Shown in pieces: positions 1 through 9,758 of a stretch of 58,862 nucleotides of DNA (the first letter of the stretch is position 1; every line of letters begins with the position of its first letter). A program made the position numbers and the translations under genes. The stretch is from Gemmatimonadaceae bacterium. Its GTDB lineage: Bacteria > Gemmatimonadota > Gemmatimonadetes > Gemmatimonadales > Gemmatimonadaceae. The stretch covers positions 1-58,862 of the forward strand of contig JAYUWU010000270.1 of the NCBI GenBank assembly GCA_043753365.1, given 5' to 3'. The notes below the pieces were generated by a model that was not told the DNA's origin, did not search any database, and saw only the letters and a list, made by a program, of their open reading frames with translations.

Positions 1-2074
1 TGTTCAGATACTGCAGCACCGCGGCAGGCGTGACGACACCGAAGTAATGATCGCCAGCCTCGCGCGCCTCAGCAGCGAGATGCCGATAGATCTCGAGTCC
101 GTTGCGGCGACCGTCGATGAAGTTCAGCAGCTCGAAGCCCATCAAGCCGTGCAATCCGGCGACACCTGCTATAGTGCCGCGACCATCGAGGAACTCGCGC
201 GGACCAGCCGCTATCACAGGGCGCAGCGCCGTCAGCTGTCGCTCCACATCGCCACCAGCCGGACGCGCAGGTGCAGCGTTCCCGGTAACCGCACGGTAAT
301 GTGACTCGAGCTCACCCAGCGACTGCGTTTCGCGCTGAACTACTGATTGGGACAACGACGTCGCCAGCGTCGCCGCACCCGCATGAATCTCGCCTATCGA
401 TGCAGCCGCTCGCCTCTCCCGCTCCGCAGCATACCTGACCTGATCGACAGCCTTGTGATACGCAGCGACGCGATCGCTGTCAGTAGATATCCATTGCAGC
501 CCGAGTCTCAGGTTCCGCCCCATTCGCTCAGCGCCCCTTCCTGATGTCTCCGCAGCGAGCGCGGCCGCACTCGAGTTGTCGGCAGACGCCATCGCATAAG
601 CGATCAATGCCGCGGAAACAGCGTTGCGTCCGAGTTGCGTGCGGTCGAGCGTCTCGAGATCGTCGTCAGACGAGTGAATGAACCGGTCGGGCATGTTGGT
701 GAAGCTGACACCCGGCAGTCCGATCGGCGCTTCGAGGAAGGGGATGTGGTCGGTGTTCCCGTGAAAGAAGATCATCTCGGCGTTATAGCGCTGGCGTGTG
801 CCGAGGTGGGAGTAATGAGGCTTGGGGTATACCTGCGCGATTCCAGCCTGGAGCTGAGAAAGTTCGAAGGTGTTGCCACGCACCATGTATTCAACCACCG
901 CTTCGCTGACGTCGTTGAGGAAATGAAAGCGCGCAGCCGGCACGCGTGTGATGTTCTGCTTGCGCATGATGTCCTGCGACTGATCCGCGCCAACCATGTC
1001 CTGGTTCACGTTCACCCACATCTGCCGGTGGGCCTCGGGATTGTCAGCGAAGTATTGCCGCTGACTCGAGAACTCAGTGACCCACCAGAACCGAAGGTTT
1101 CGCCGTGGCCTCGGCACGCGACCCTCCGCAATCAGCCTGTTGAGGGCGCGGGCGATCTCGAGGACACTTCCGGTTCCACTCGCATCATCGTTGGCACTCT
1201 GCATTCCTTCCTGCATGTGACCGGTGAGAACCACGTCCTGAGCGAGACCTGGTTCCGATCCGCGAATGAATCCCTCGACCATCACCTGCCACGGCTGGTC
1301 GCCTTCCGATGACTTGAAGCCTGCGTCGACCAGCGCTCTCACGCGAACAGGGCTGGTCGCTGCGGCGAGGCGGTTGCGCAGCTCTACTCCCTGCCGGAGC
1401 GACAATACGAATGCGAACGTCGGCTCCTTGCCGTCGATCTGAGCTGAAGGGACAGAAAGCCAACGGATCTGATCTGGCATGTTGAAGCCTGAGCCATCGA
1501 TTCCGTTCCCTTCGTAGAAGGGGCTGGGGTAATGGACAATCCCAAGGGCGCTGCGTCCGATGACGACCTGCTGCATCGCTGTCGCAATTGATGCGTAAGT
1601 GAGGACGATCTTCCCCGCGACATCCTTCCCCTGGAGCTCGGCCGCAGTTGCACCCCCGATGTCGATGAGCTCTGCCGTCACGTCAGCCGCGCGGCTGAGA
1701 TCAGCGAGATGCAGCGGTGTCTGGATCGTACTCGCGATACGCTGCGGGCGATCGCCGGTGATCCAGAGGTCTGCGAACTTTGCATTCCAGGGTCTTGTGG
1801 TTCCGTAGGCCTGCTTGATGAGCTTCACGTCTGTAAGCCCGTACTCGCGAGCTTTCTCCTCATAGTATTGCGCGACTTTCCACAGGCCGTCGGAACCACC
1901 GCGCGGGCGGTGGAACTGCGAGTTATGCCGGACGTGCACATATGCTGCGTCGCCAGAGATTTCCTCGGAGATCAGCCTGACCTGAGGATCGGGAAGCACG
2001 CTCAGCTGCTGCGCTGCAAGCTGCAGGGGAAACGCAGAGATCAGCAAAAGTGCAGTCGAAGTGGTTCGCATCAT
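1..2074 (-). CDS. Secreted M28-family metallopeptidase with PA-like insert; 3' end runs off the left edge
   Basis: Manual translation (absent from the ORF track because there is no stop in the window): signal peptide MMRTTSTALLLISAFPLQLAAQQ, then motifs GHMQE..SANDDASG, WWVTEFS, NQDMVG, GNTDH and FIHSSDD. Confidence 0.85.
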   Translation of the reverse strand, partial: MMRTTSTALLLISAFPLQLAAQQLSVLPDPQVRLISEEISGDAAYVHVRHNSQFHRPRGGSDGLWKVAQYYEEKAREYGLTDVKLIKQAYGTTRPWNAKFADLWITGDRPQRIASTIQTPLHLADLSRAADVTAELIDIGGATAAELQGKDVAGKIVLTYASIATAMQQVVIGRSALGIVHYPSPFYEGNGIDGSGFNMPDQIRWLSVPSAQIDGKEPTFAFVLSLRQGVELRNRLAAATSPVRVRALVDAGFKSSEGDQPWQVMVEGFIRGSEPGLAQDVVLTGHMQEGMQSANDDASGTGSVLEIARALNRLIAEGRVPRPRRNLRFWWVTEFSSQRQYFADNPEAHRQMWVNVNQDMVGADQSQDIMRKQNITRVPAARFHFLNDVSEAVVEYMVRGNTFELSQLQAGIAQVYPKPHYSHLGTRQRYNAEMIFFHGNTDHIPFLEAPIGLPGVSFTNMPDRFIHSSDDDLETLDRTQLGRNAVSAALIAYAMASADNSSAAALAAETSGRGAERMGRNLRLGLQWISTDSDRVAAYHKAVDQVRYAAERERRAAASIGEIHAGAATLATSLSQSVVQRETQSLGELESHYRAVTGNAAPARPAGGDVERQLTALRPVIAAGPREFLDGRGTIAGVAGLHGLMGFELLNFIDGRRNGLEIYRHLAAEAREAGDHYFGVVTPAAVLQYLN

Positions 2075-2154
2075 GTTGGTAATGAGTGAAAGCGGGAGAT
2101 CGTTGACAAACAGAGATTGCGCAGGCCGTGCGCAGGCTGCAAGCTTTTTCGATA

Positions 2155-2994
2155 ATGAAACGAGTCATGCTCCTGTGGGTGGTGACGTCGGCAATCGCCT
2201 CGTGTACGACAGCTCCGCGAATTCCGGATGCTGCTCCATCGCGCGGCGCACGTGAGCCCGATGTGGTATTCGTGCCGACCCCGCATGGCGTTGTCGCGGA
2301 GATGCTCGAAGTAGCGCGTGTCGGACCGGGCGACGTGCTGTTCGACCTCGGCTCTGGCGATGGGCGAATTGTAATCGCTGCCGCTCGTCGTTTCGGGATT
2401 CGTGCAACAGGTATTGACATCGATCCCCAGCGAATCGCAGAGAGCAAGCGGAACGCTGATACTGCCGGCGTTTCACACCTCGTTGACTTCATGGAGGCCG
2501 ATCTTTTCGCGACAGACCTCCGGAGCGCGAGCGTCGTGACGCTCTACCTCCTTCCCGAGCTGAACGTAAAACTGCGGCCAAAGTTGTTCAGCGAGCTGAG
2601 GCCGGGGTCACGCGTGGTTTCGCATTCGTTCGATATGGGAGACTGGAAGGCGGACAGCATCCTCGTAGTGAATGCGCGCATGCTTTTCTACTGGGTGATG
2701 CCGGCCGATGTGCGGGGCACATGGGCCGTGGAGACAGAATCAGCGGAAGGGAAGAAGCGTTACGATCTCGAGCTGGAGCAGCAGTATCAGCGAGTCACCC
2801 GGGCTGAGCCTTCGGCGGTTGTCGGTGACGTGAAGTTGCGCGGTGACACTGTGAAGTTCTCCATTCGAGACGACGGTGTCGTCAGGGATCTCGTCGGACG
2901 CGTGACGGGTCACACGATGGAGGGAACACTTTTGACGCGTGATGGGCGCGCGGGAACCTGGCGCGCCCGCCGCAGTCGGGCCTCCGGCGGTTGA
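2155..2994 (+). CDS. Class I SAM-dependent methyltransferase with putative lipoprotein signal
   Basis: DVVFVPTP, DLGSGDGRIV and VVTLYLLP motifs; N-terminus MKRVMLLWVVTSAIASC. Confidence 0.85.
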   Translation: MKRVMLLWVVTSAIASCTTAPRIPDAAPSRGAREPDVVFVPTPHGVVAEMLEVARVGPGDVLFDLGSGDGRIVIAAARRFGIRATGIDIDPQRIAESKRNADTAGVSHLVDFMEADLFATDLRSASVVTLYLLPELNVKLRPKLFSELRPGSRVVSHSFDMGDWKADSILVVNARMLFYWVMPADVRGTWAVETESAEGKKRYDLELEQQYQRVTRAEPSAVVGDVKLRGDTVKFSIRDDGVVRDLVGRVTGHTMEGTLLTRDGRAGTWRARRSRASGG

Positions 2995-3089
2995 ACTCTC
3001 CGCCGGTCAGCGCGAGCGAGCGTAATTGATGATTGGCAGCAGCCGGGTTCCGCGTGATTTGTTTCAAGAAAGCTCAGGCAGTCGTCACG

Positions 3090-4319
3090 TCATTTATATA
3101 AGTGGAACGTAGCGCTGCTCGTTTTGAATTCCGCTGCCTCGCGGTCCCAGTCAGCGAGAAGGGCGTCGAGGGTTCCCGCTTCGATCGCGGCCCTCACCTT
3201 GTCAGATCCCGTGAGGCGCTCGAGGTATTCAGAAAAGGCAAAATCTTTGGGATGTTGTCTGCGAATCTCATCGATGAGCAACAGTGTTGTCCGGACCGGA
3301 CGATATGACTGTCTGTCAGTGATCACGTAGCGGATGCCGGGAATGGTGAGACCTGGGTGCTTTCGCGCAGTCGCCTCCACAGGCATCGTGATCGCCTCGA
3401 ACGTGATGCCTGGCAGCTTGCGCTCGTTCATCACCCGCGCGACTTCGGGGGCATTGAGCCATGGTGCACCGACCTGCTCGAACGGCCTGTCGGTTCCTCT
3501 ACCCTCAGATAGGTTCGTCGCCTCGAAATACACGGAACCTGGGTAGTCATTCAACGCGGCCAGGGAACGGAGGTTGGGCGATGGATTCGTCCACGGCAGT
3601 CCTGTTTCGTCAAACCATTGTGACCGCTTCCAGTTCGTTGCCTGAATCACGATCAGCTCGGCCCCGATTCCGTACTTCTCGTTGAAGAGCTTCGCAAGCT
3701 CGCCCACCGTCAGCCCGTGTCGTGCCGGGATCGGGTACATCCCTACAAATGACTTGAACGCGGAATCGAGCAACGCCCCCTCGACTATTTCACCACCAAT
3801 CGGATTTGGCCGGTCGAGCACCACGAACGGGATGCCTTTCTGTTTCGCGGCCTGCATCGACAGAGCCATCGTCGACACGTATGTCCACGTTCGGCCACCA
3901 ACTTCCTGCAGATCGTACAGGAGGAAATCGACGTCCTTCAGCATTTCTGCGGACGGGGCATTGTCCTCCTCCATATAGAGGGAGTACACAGGCACGCCAG
4001 TTTTTGCATCCACTTCGTCGGAGATCTTTTCGCCTGCCGCGACCGTACCCCGTATGCCGTGCTCAGGAGCGAGCAGGGCAACGAGCTTCAGGTCCTTATG
4101 CTGGGCGATAAGGTCGATGTCGGGAGTCTTCGAGCGGTCTACCGCGCTCTGGTTGGTGATGAAGCCTACACGCTTCCCTTTCAGTGCCGCCGGGATATCA
4201 GCGACGAACACTTCGATTCCTGGCTGAACAACCGGATTTGCCGCAGGTGGGGCAGGGGCCTGCGTGCAGGCAGCGACAATCACGAGCGCGGGTGCAAGGA
4301 CTTTCATCGACTCTCGCAT
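3090..4319 (-). CDS. namZ: DUF1343 exo-beta-N-acetylmuramidase (NamZ/YbbC family), lipoprotein
   Basis: PEHGIRG, YDLQEVGGR, LDRPNP, WTNPSPN and SEGRGT motifs; lipobox VAAC. Confidence 0.85.
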   Translation of the reverse strand: MRESMKVLAPALVIVAACTQAPAPPAANPVVQPGIEVFVADIPAALKGKRVGFITNQSAVDRSKTPDIDLIAQHKDLKLVALLAPEHGIRGTVAAGEKISDEVDAKTGVPVYSLYMEEDNAPSAEMLKDVDFLLYDLQEVGGRTWTYVSTMALSMQAAKQKGIPFVVLDRPNPIGGEIVEGALLDSAFKSFVGMYPIPARHGLTVGELAKLFNEKYGIGAELIVIQATNWKRSQWFDETGLPWTNPSPNLRSLAALNDYPGSVYFEATNLSEGRGTDRPFEQVGAPWLNAPEVARVMNERKLPGITFEAITMPVEATARKHPGLTIPGIRYVITDRQSYRPVRTTLLLIDEIRRQHPKDFAFSEYLERLTGSDKVRAAIEAGTLDALLADWDREAAEFKTSSATFHLYK

Positions 4320-4400
4320 GGTGTGGGGATGGGGAGGTTCGGTATCGACGCTAATTATGCATAAGCATGGCGACGGCTGCAGAGGGTAACGCTAACATGA

Positions 4401-4802
4401 TCACGGCTGACCGGAGTACTGGACGAGGTCCCAGAGATTTCCGTACAGGTCCTCGAAGACCGCCACCGTGCCATACTCCGCGACACTGGGGTCCCTGATG
4501 AACTTGATTCCGCGCGCGTTCATGCTGTGGTAGTCGCGCCAGAAGTCGTCAGTGCTCAGGAACAGGAATACCCGTCCGCCGGTCTGGTTGCCTATCACCC
4601 GTTCCTGTTCGGGCGTCGATGCCCGTGCAAGGAGCAGCTGCGGACCTCGAGATCCGGGAGGGGCGATCAACACCCAGCGTTTGTCCTGGGCCGGTTGATA
4701 CGTGTCCTCGACCAGCGTGAAGTCGAGCTTGTCAGTGAAGAACTCAATCGCTTCGTCGTAATCCCGTACGACGAGCGCCATGTGGACGATCGATTGTTTC
4801 AT
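4401..4802 (-). CDS. VOC/glyoxalase family protein
   Basis: ALVVRDYDEAIEFF, KRWVLIAPPG and YGTVAVFEDLYGNLWDL. Confidence 0.9.
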   Translation of the reverse strand: MKQSIVHMALVVRDYDEAIEFFTDKLDFTLVEDTYQPAQDKRWVLIAPPGSRGPQLLLARASTPEQERVIGNQTGGRVFLFLSTDDFWRDYHSMNARGIKFIRDPSVAEYGTVAVFEDLYGNLWDLVQYSGQP

Positions 4803-4847
4803 GGTACCTCGATGAAAGCGCTCATCGAGGTACAATACGGTGTCTCG

Positions 4848-5660
4848 CTACTCGGCGCTTGCCGTAACCCAGGGGTCGCTTTCCATCCACTGTTCGTTTG
4901 GTGCGAAGAGAAAAACCATCGCACCGTTTGCAAGAATCGGGAGGAGCTCACGAGCGCGTGACTGCTCGATTGCCGGGCATCCCTCACTGCGTCCGGCGCG
5001 AGTGGGCGTCACGTATGGAGCGCCATGTGCGACGACCCTTCGCGTGCGCGCGTTGTCGTTGTAGCCCTCTGACACACCTTCGAGCTTCAGCCCGATCGAC
5101 TTGTAGGTTCTTCCGCCCGCCTTCCCTCTGAAGCCGTAAGTTTCCTGCGCCAGGTACAGGCCGAGCGACGTCGCATAGCTGTCAGGAACGTTGGAGAAGC
5201 GCGTAGGAATTTCATCACGCGTGCCTGCCGACCCGCGACCGTGTGCGACCATGAACGGCCCGTCGACAACCTTGAGGGACTCCATGTCGAACACATATCC
5301 GCGCGGCGAGGAGCTGGGCAGGCCGTAATCGACGAAATACAGGAACGGCTTCCTCACCTGCTCAGGATGCGCTGCCTTGTAAGCGAAGTAGCTGTTGAAC
5401 GCGTCACTCAGTGCGCGCGAATGGCTTAGCGGCCTGACGACATTCTGAAACGCACCAAGTGCAGTCGCCACTTTGGACGGTGCCCTCGACGGTGTATCAC
5501 TGCGCAAGGCGTCGCCAGCTGCATGCCTGCCGTCAAGAATCGAGAGGGCGGATTCGCCGATCGAATCGTAGGATTTCGCGGCGGGCAGGATATGCATGCT
5601 CGAGAAAGCGATCGCGAGCGATCCAATGAGCGCGTTCTTCAGGATGATCCGCTGAGGCAT
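4848..5660 (-). CDS. Murein L,D-transpeptidase catalytic domain protein (YkuD_2 type)
   Basis: VAHGRGS, FSN..S..TSLG and VVAHGAPYV...GRSEGCPA (catalytic His and Cys). Confidence 0.85.
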   Translation of the reverse strand: MPQRIILKNALIGSLAIAFSSMHILPAAKSYDSIGESALSILDGRHAAGDALRSDTPSRAPSKVATALGAFQNVVRPLSHSRALSDAFNSYFAYKAAHPEQVRKPFLYFVDYGLPSSSPRGYVFDMESLKVVDGPFMVAHGRGSAGTRDEIPTRFSNVPDSYATSLGLYLAQETYGFRGKAGGRTYKSIGLKLEGVSEGYNDNARTRRVVAHGAPYVTPTRAGRSEGCPAIEQSRARELLPILANGAMVFLFAPNEQWMESDPWVTASAE

Positions 5661-5839
5661 TCTTCTCCGTCGATGAACGCAGCTTCCCTGCGGAGACGAC
5701 TTGACGCGGTCTCTCCGATCGGGTGCTACGAGTTGTTGGGATGATACAGAAGTTTACCTAATTTGTTCCCTTAGATAAAGCCTTGCGGTATCAGAGTTTA
5801 CAGCTTTTGATCCGGCTCCAGGCAAGGCATGGAAAGGGC

Positions 5840-6048
5840 TGAAACGCGAAGGACGCGAAGGGGGCGCGAAGATACGCGAAGTTCAGAGCCGGGTTCCTGA
5901 AGAACGCAAGCATTTGACGGGATGGTGGGACCCCGCTTTTTCTGTCTGAAAAATCAGAAACACATTCCAGGAGCCTGCGTGAGCCCGGTAAGCTGCTGCG
6001 GGTTCCCTTCGCGTTTCTTCGCGCCCCCTTCGCGTTCTTCGCCTTTCA
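5840..6048. repeat. Long palindromic element E1 (CGCGAAG 9-nt periodic arms; central loop reads TTTTTCA on the minus strand)
   Basis: Left arm TGAAACGCGAAGGACGCGAAGGGGGCGCGAAGATACGCGAAG is inverted to CTTCGCGTTTCTTCGCGCCCCCTTCGCGTTCTTCGCCTTTCA; arms match E4. Confidence 0.9.
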
Positions 6049-6080
6049 CTTTTGTTGTCGTTGACCCCGACTGATTTACT

Positions 6081-6095
6081 GGGCATGCCTGTTGC
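6081..6095 (+). promoter_or_regulatory. Putative sigma-54 -24/-12 promoter
   Basis: GGGCATGCCTGTTGC fits GG-N10-GC, about 35 nt upstream of the ATG at 6130. Confidence 0.5.
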
Positions 6096-6129
6096 CCAGT
6101 TGTACTTCCTATTCAACAAGAGCATTCAA

Positions 6130-6444
6130 ATGGCCGAAGAACGCACAGGTTACAAGCACGACGCAAGCGACAAAAAACTCGATCAATCGGCCGAGGTCGC
6201 GAACGACGGCGGGCAGACGAGCGATACGCAGCATTCGTCAGGACCTTCTCACGACCCGGAAAAAATCAAGCGTCACGATGACACTGGAAAGGATCGGTTG
6301 TTCGAAGATCGTCAGCAGCACGACGATGCCGAGAAGAGCAGCGAAAAAACCAGGCTGGCACGAGATGTCGAGCGACATGATCATTCAGTCGATGACGATG
6401 TCGCTGACTCGGGAACGGGGCCCAGCGCTAAGCGGAAGAGCTGA
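6130..6444 (+). CDS. Small hydrophilic, likely disordered protein (general stress/hydrophilin-like)
   Basis: 104 aa rich in D/E/K/H/S with almost no hydrophobic residues. Confidence 0.65.
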   Translation: MAEERTGYKHDASDKKLDQSAEVANDGGQTSDTQHSSGPSHDPEKIKRHDDTGKDRLFEDRQQHDDAEKSSEKTRLARDVERHDHSVDDDVADSGTGPSAKRKS

Positions 6445-6927
6445 GCTCGCCGGACGCTGCGCTGCGCAGATGCTTTTCGTAGCGCACGTCACCGCGGTCT
6501 GCCGATCCCACCATTTTCCAACCGCCTGCCTCATAGAAACCATGCGCGCGCGTTGGCGACTGATCGGTATTCAGCCAGATAGTTTCCCAGCCGGCTGAGA
6601 ACAGCCATTCTTCAGCAACCCGCAGCAGCGTGCGACCGTATCCGCGTCCCTGAGCAATCGGGAGCACGAAGAGAGCGAATACGCAGCCCGTCGTCGCATC
6701 AGCCATGCTGAATGCGACAACGACATTTCGATCCTCGGCAACCCAGACGCGTTCTGCATCGCTGTCCAGCATCGCAGCAACGGAATCCCGGGTCACGCCA
6801 CGATCTTCCAGCTGCGCAAGGTCGAGATGATTCTGAGGACGCTCGTTCGGACCGAGAAAAGTGCAGGTACATCGGTAACTGTTGCCCTGCGGACCTGAAT
6901 TTCCTGGATAGGCCTGAATTCCGTCAT
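6428..6927 (-). pseudogene. GNAT N-acetyltransferase with a frameshift near 6835
   Basis: N-terminus MTEFRP..RRATVTDVPALFSVRTSV lies in a different frame from QNHLDLAQL...ALFVLP.AQGRGYG...FYEAGGW. Confidence 0.75.
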
Positions 6928-6936
6928 GGGCACAAT

Positions 6937-7785
6937 TTAAGCGGCAACGGTATTGGCCTCGAGGCTTGCCGACTGCTGCCTGGCGGTTTGATAACGCTTC
7001 CTGCCGATTAATGCTCCAAGTGCAAGTGGCGCCGCAATGCTCCCTGCGCGCTCGACCAGCTCCCACATCGGCGCTCCAGCTACGATGAAAAGGGACTCAG
7101 TCGCGAATTTCCAGACCGCGACGAAGATCAGCAGGCCGACGAACGGACGCACAGCAATGGCAACGGCAATAGCGATCTCGAACCAGCCGACGAGCGCTGT
7201 TGTTCCGGGCTGCAATCCGATCGACGCGTAGTGCTGGTCGAGCATGCCTTTCCCGGTGAACGCGCCCAGGGCGCCATGCCCAAAAAGCAGGAGAACCGTC
7301 GACCACTTGAGCACGACCGCAACCCTTTCGAGTACCCGATCGTCGGTGAGAGGGCTCATCATCGGTTCAAAAAGATCACGGATTGAGCGAGGAAAGCCTG
7401 CAAGAATCAGCAGCGCAAATGGAACTCCGTAATTACCTGCGCGCTCCACCGTTTCGAAGAAGCTTTCCCCTGCGAGCGGCCGCAGCAATGCAGTCCACAC
7501 CGCCCACACCGCCATGTACACCAGGGGAAGTCCTCGCGGTGCGAAGAGCACAGCCATGCCGGCGATAACGTCGACTGCGCCGACGATCGGCATCAGCTGC
7601 CACGCCCAGGATTCGGGGATGCCAGCGACGGCGAAATAAGGGAGCCACGCATCCTTGGTGATGAAACCGAAGGCGCCATGACCGATGAAACAAAGTGCAG
7701 CACCTACTCGAAGCGTCCAGTACGCAACGGAGGTGGCGGATATCGTGGGGGCCGCGACAATAGATGTGGAAGACGTATTGAGCAT
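6937..7785 (-). CDS. Integral membrane protein with two DoxX-like repeats
   Basis: Repeated motifs LCFIGHGAFG/LLFGHGALG and ETVERAGN/ELVERAGS; several TM segments. Confidence 0.7.
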   Translation of the reverse strand: MLNTSSTSIVAAPTISATSVAYWTLRVGAALCFIGHGAFGFITKDAWLPYFAVAGIPESWAWQLMPIVGAVDVIAGMAVLFAPRGLPLVYMAVWAVWTALLRPLAGESFFETVERAGNYGVPFALLILAGFPRSIRDLFEPMMSPLTDDRVLERVAVVLKWSTVLLLFGHGALGAFTGKGMLDQHYASIGLQPGTTALVGWFEIAIAVAIAVRPFVGLLIFVAVWKFATESLFIVAGAPMWELVERAGSIAAPLALGALIGRKRYQTARQQSASLEANTVAA

Positions 7786-7834
7786 CTGGCCTTTGAAAGT
7801 GTCACGGCCACGATGTCCCGGTACTCCCGCTCGC

Positions 7835-8599
7835 TCAACGACCTCCGCGATCAACGGTCGCCGCGTGTTGCGGGCGGCGATCAGACGACTGGCGCCGGAG
7901 AAGCTCGACGACATCCCGCGCTTTCCGCCTGCTGATCGGCAGGCGCATTCCGTCGCTGAGCTCGATCTCCAGACCCTTTGTCTTTCCGCGCCGCACGGCA
8001 CGCACGTGACTGATGTTGATGCCGGCAGAGCGATGAATTCGCACGAACTGGGATGCGCCGAGCCGCTCGAGTATCTGCGCCATCGATTCGCGCAGGACGT
8101 GTCGGCGGCCGCCAGCGTGCACTACCACGTACGCACCGTCCGCTTCGACCCAGCTGACGTCATCGACATCTACAGCTGACCCCCCGTGGCGACTTCCGAG
8201 CAGGATCCGCTCAGCACCAGGTCCGTCGAGTGAGCGCCGGATCCGGTCGAGGGCCGCGCGGAATCGCACCTGTGTCACAGGCTTGACTAGATAATCGCTC
8301 GCAGCAACATCGAAAGCACGTGCGGCAAACTCGGAGTGCGCGGTTACGAACACGACATGTTTCACCAGCGAGCGTATCGCTTCCTGCGCCTCGAACCCAT
8401 CTACGTGTGGCATTCGGACATCGAGAAATACGACCTCCGGCCTCGTCTCACGCACCATTGCCGCTACCTGTCGTCCATCTGCGCACTCACCCGTCACGTC
8501 GAAGTCGGGCGCGTCGTGAAGCAGCTGACGCAGCCTCTGGCGGGCGAGCGTCTCGTCGTCGACGATGAGCACACGGTGACAACGACCGTTGCCGGTCAT
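7835..8599 (-). CDS. LytTR family response regulator
   Basis: REC domain (VDDE, FLDVRMP, DYLVKP) followed by LytTR domain (FVRIHRS, LPISRR). Confidence 0.93.
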   Translation of the reverse strand: MTGNGRCHRVLIVDDETLARQRLRQLLHDAPDFDVTGECADGRQVAAMVRETRPEVVFLDVRMPHVDGFEAQEAIRSLVKHVVFVTAHSEFAARAFDVAASDYLVKPVTQVRFRAALDRIRRSLDGPGAERILLGSRHGGSAVDVDDVSWVEADGAYVVVHAGGRRHVLRESMAQILERLGASQFVRIHRSAGINISHVRAVRRGKTKGLEIELSDGMRLPISRRKARDVVELLRRQSSDRRPQHAATVDRGGR

Positions 8600-9702
8600 G
8601 CGATTGCCCGCACAGGCGCGATACGCCTCGCCGTTGCGGAACTCCGTGAGATCGGGATAACAATGCGAACGACTGCACCGCCGCCGGGACGTGGCTCGAG
8701 CGTCAGAGTAGCGCGATCACCATATGCAGTTTCCAGGCGTGCGCGCGTCGTGGCGATACCGATTCCGTGACCGTTCGACAGTCGGCCTGCAGCAGCCAGC
8801 GGATTTCCGTCGTTCTCCACGGTGATCACGACGTTGTGGGCCAGCTCTCCAGCATCGATGCGGACATTCAGTGAATCCTGCCCGGCATCGAGGCCGTGTA
8901 CCACCGCGTTCTCCACGATTGGCTGGAGCAGGAAGACCGGTATCAGGCAGTCTCCCACCGATGGCGCAATATTCCATTCGTATTTCAGCCGCTCTTCAAA
9001 CCGCATTGTCTGAAGCGCAAGGTATCTCTCGGCGAGAGCGATTTCCTCCTCAACAGTGATTTCCTCACGCCCGTCATCGCGTAGGGAAGCGTGCAGCAGC
9101 TCGCCAAGCTGCTCAATAGCAGCGACCGCGCGAGCGGGTTGGACGCCCGACACCAGCGCGGCGATGCCATTCAGTGTGTTGTAGAGAAAATGCGGCTGCA
9201 ACTGGGCGCGAAGGGCGGCAAGCTGAGCCGATTTGAGAAGCGTCTCCAGATGCGCGGCACGCAACGTACGTCGCTGTCGCTCCCTCGCCTCGGTAATCCC
9301 CCATGCTGTCGCTAGCACTGCAGCGTACATCGATGCAACCGTCGGCATTGTGTTGTACCAGGATCGCATGAGCCGGGCGAACCAGGGGAATATGAAACGA
9401 ATCTCGGGCGCGGCGACCCCCTGCGCCCACGTGTCGGCAGCAGCGTGGCTGAACGAGAGAACCAGGAACAGGGACACGTGCAGGAACACGACCCCGATCC
9501 TGAGCGGGGTGAGTGATATCCGCATGGCTATATGCAGCACGAACGGGAGCGCGAAAGCGAGAACAACCCAGCGCGGAATCGTCGAGACCAGCACTATCGA
9601 CCAATCCAGTGGTTGTCCGTGGGTGACTGATATGTGTCTGGTTTCGAGCGAGCTGATTACACCAAGAGTGAGGCAGATGACCGCCACGGCAAGGCTCGCC
9701 AT
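8596..9702 (-). CDS. LytS/YehU-type sensor histidine kinase
   Basis: LRAQLQPHFLYNTLN, LQPIVENAVVHG and GHGIGI; N-terminal TM helices. Confidence 0.93.
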   Translation of the reverse strand: MASLAVAVICLTLGVISSLETRHISVTHGQPLDWSIVLVSTIPRWVVLAFALPFVLHIAMRISLTPLRIGVVFLHVSLFLVLSFSHAAADTWAQGVAAPEIRFIFPWFARLMRSWYNTMPTVASMYAAVLATAWGITEARERQRRTLRAAHLETLLKSAQLAALRAQLQPHFLYNTLNGIAALVSGVQPARAVAAIEQLGELLHASLRDDGREEITVEEEIALAERYLALQTMRFEERLKYEWNIAPSVGDCLIPVFLLQPIVENAVVHGLDAGQDSLNVRIDAGELAHNVVITVENDGNPLAAAGRLSNGHGIGIATTRARLETAYGDRATLTLEPRPGGGAVVRIVIPISRSSATARRIAPVRAIA

Positions 9703-9758
9703 CCAGGATGGCGAGCCGGAATTCTGCCGTATGTCGGTGTCAGCCGCGTCGTGTGTGT

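Noticed and set aside
635-1312. 225-aa plus-strand ORF
   Set aside because: Antisense shadow of the M28 peptidase.
5840-6048. Periodic repeats as a CRISPR array (also E4-E7)
   Set aside because: Units are 7-14 nt, arranged as inverted arms without unique spacers, and no cas genes are present.
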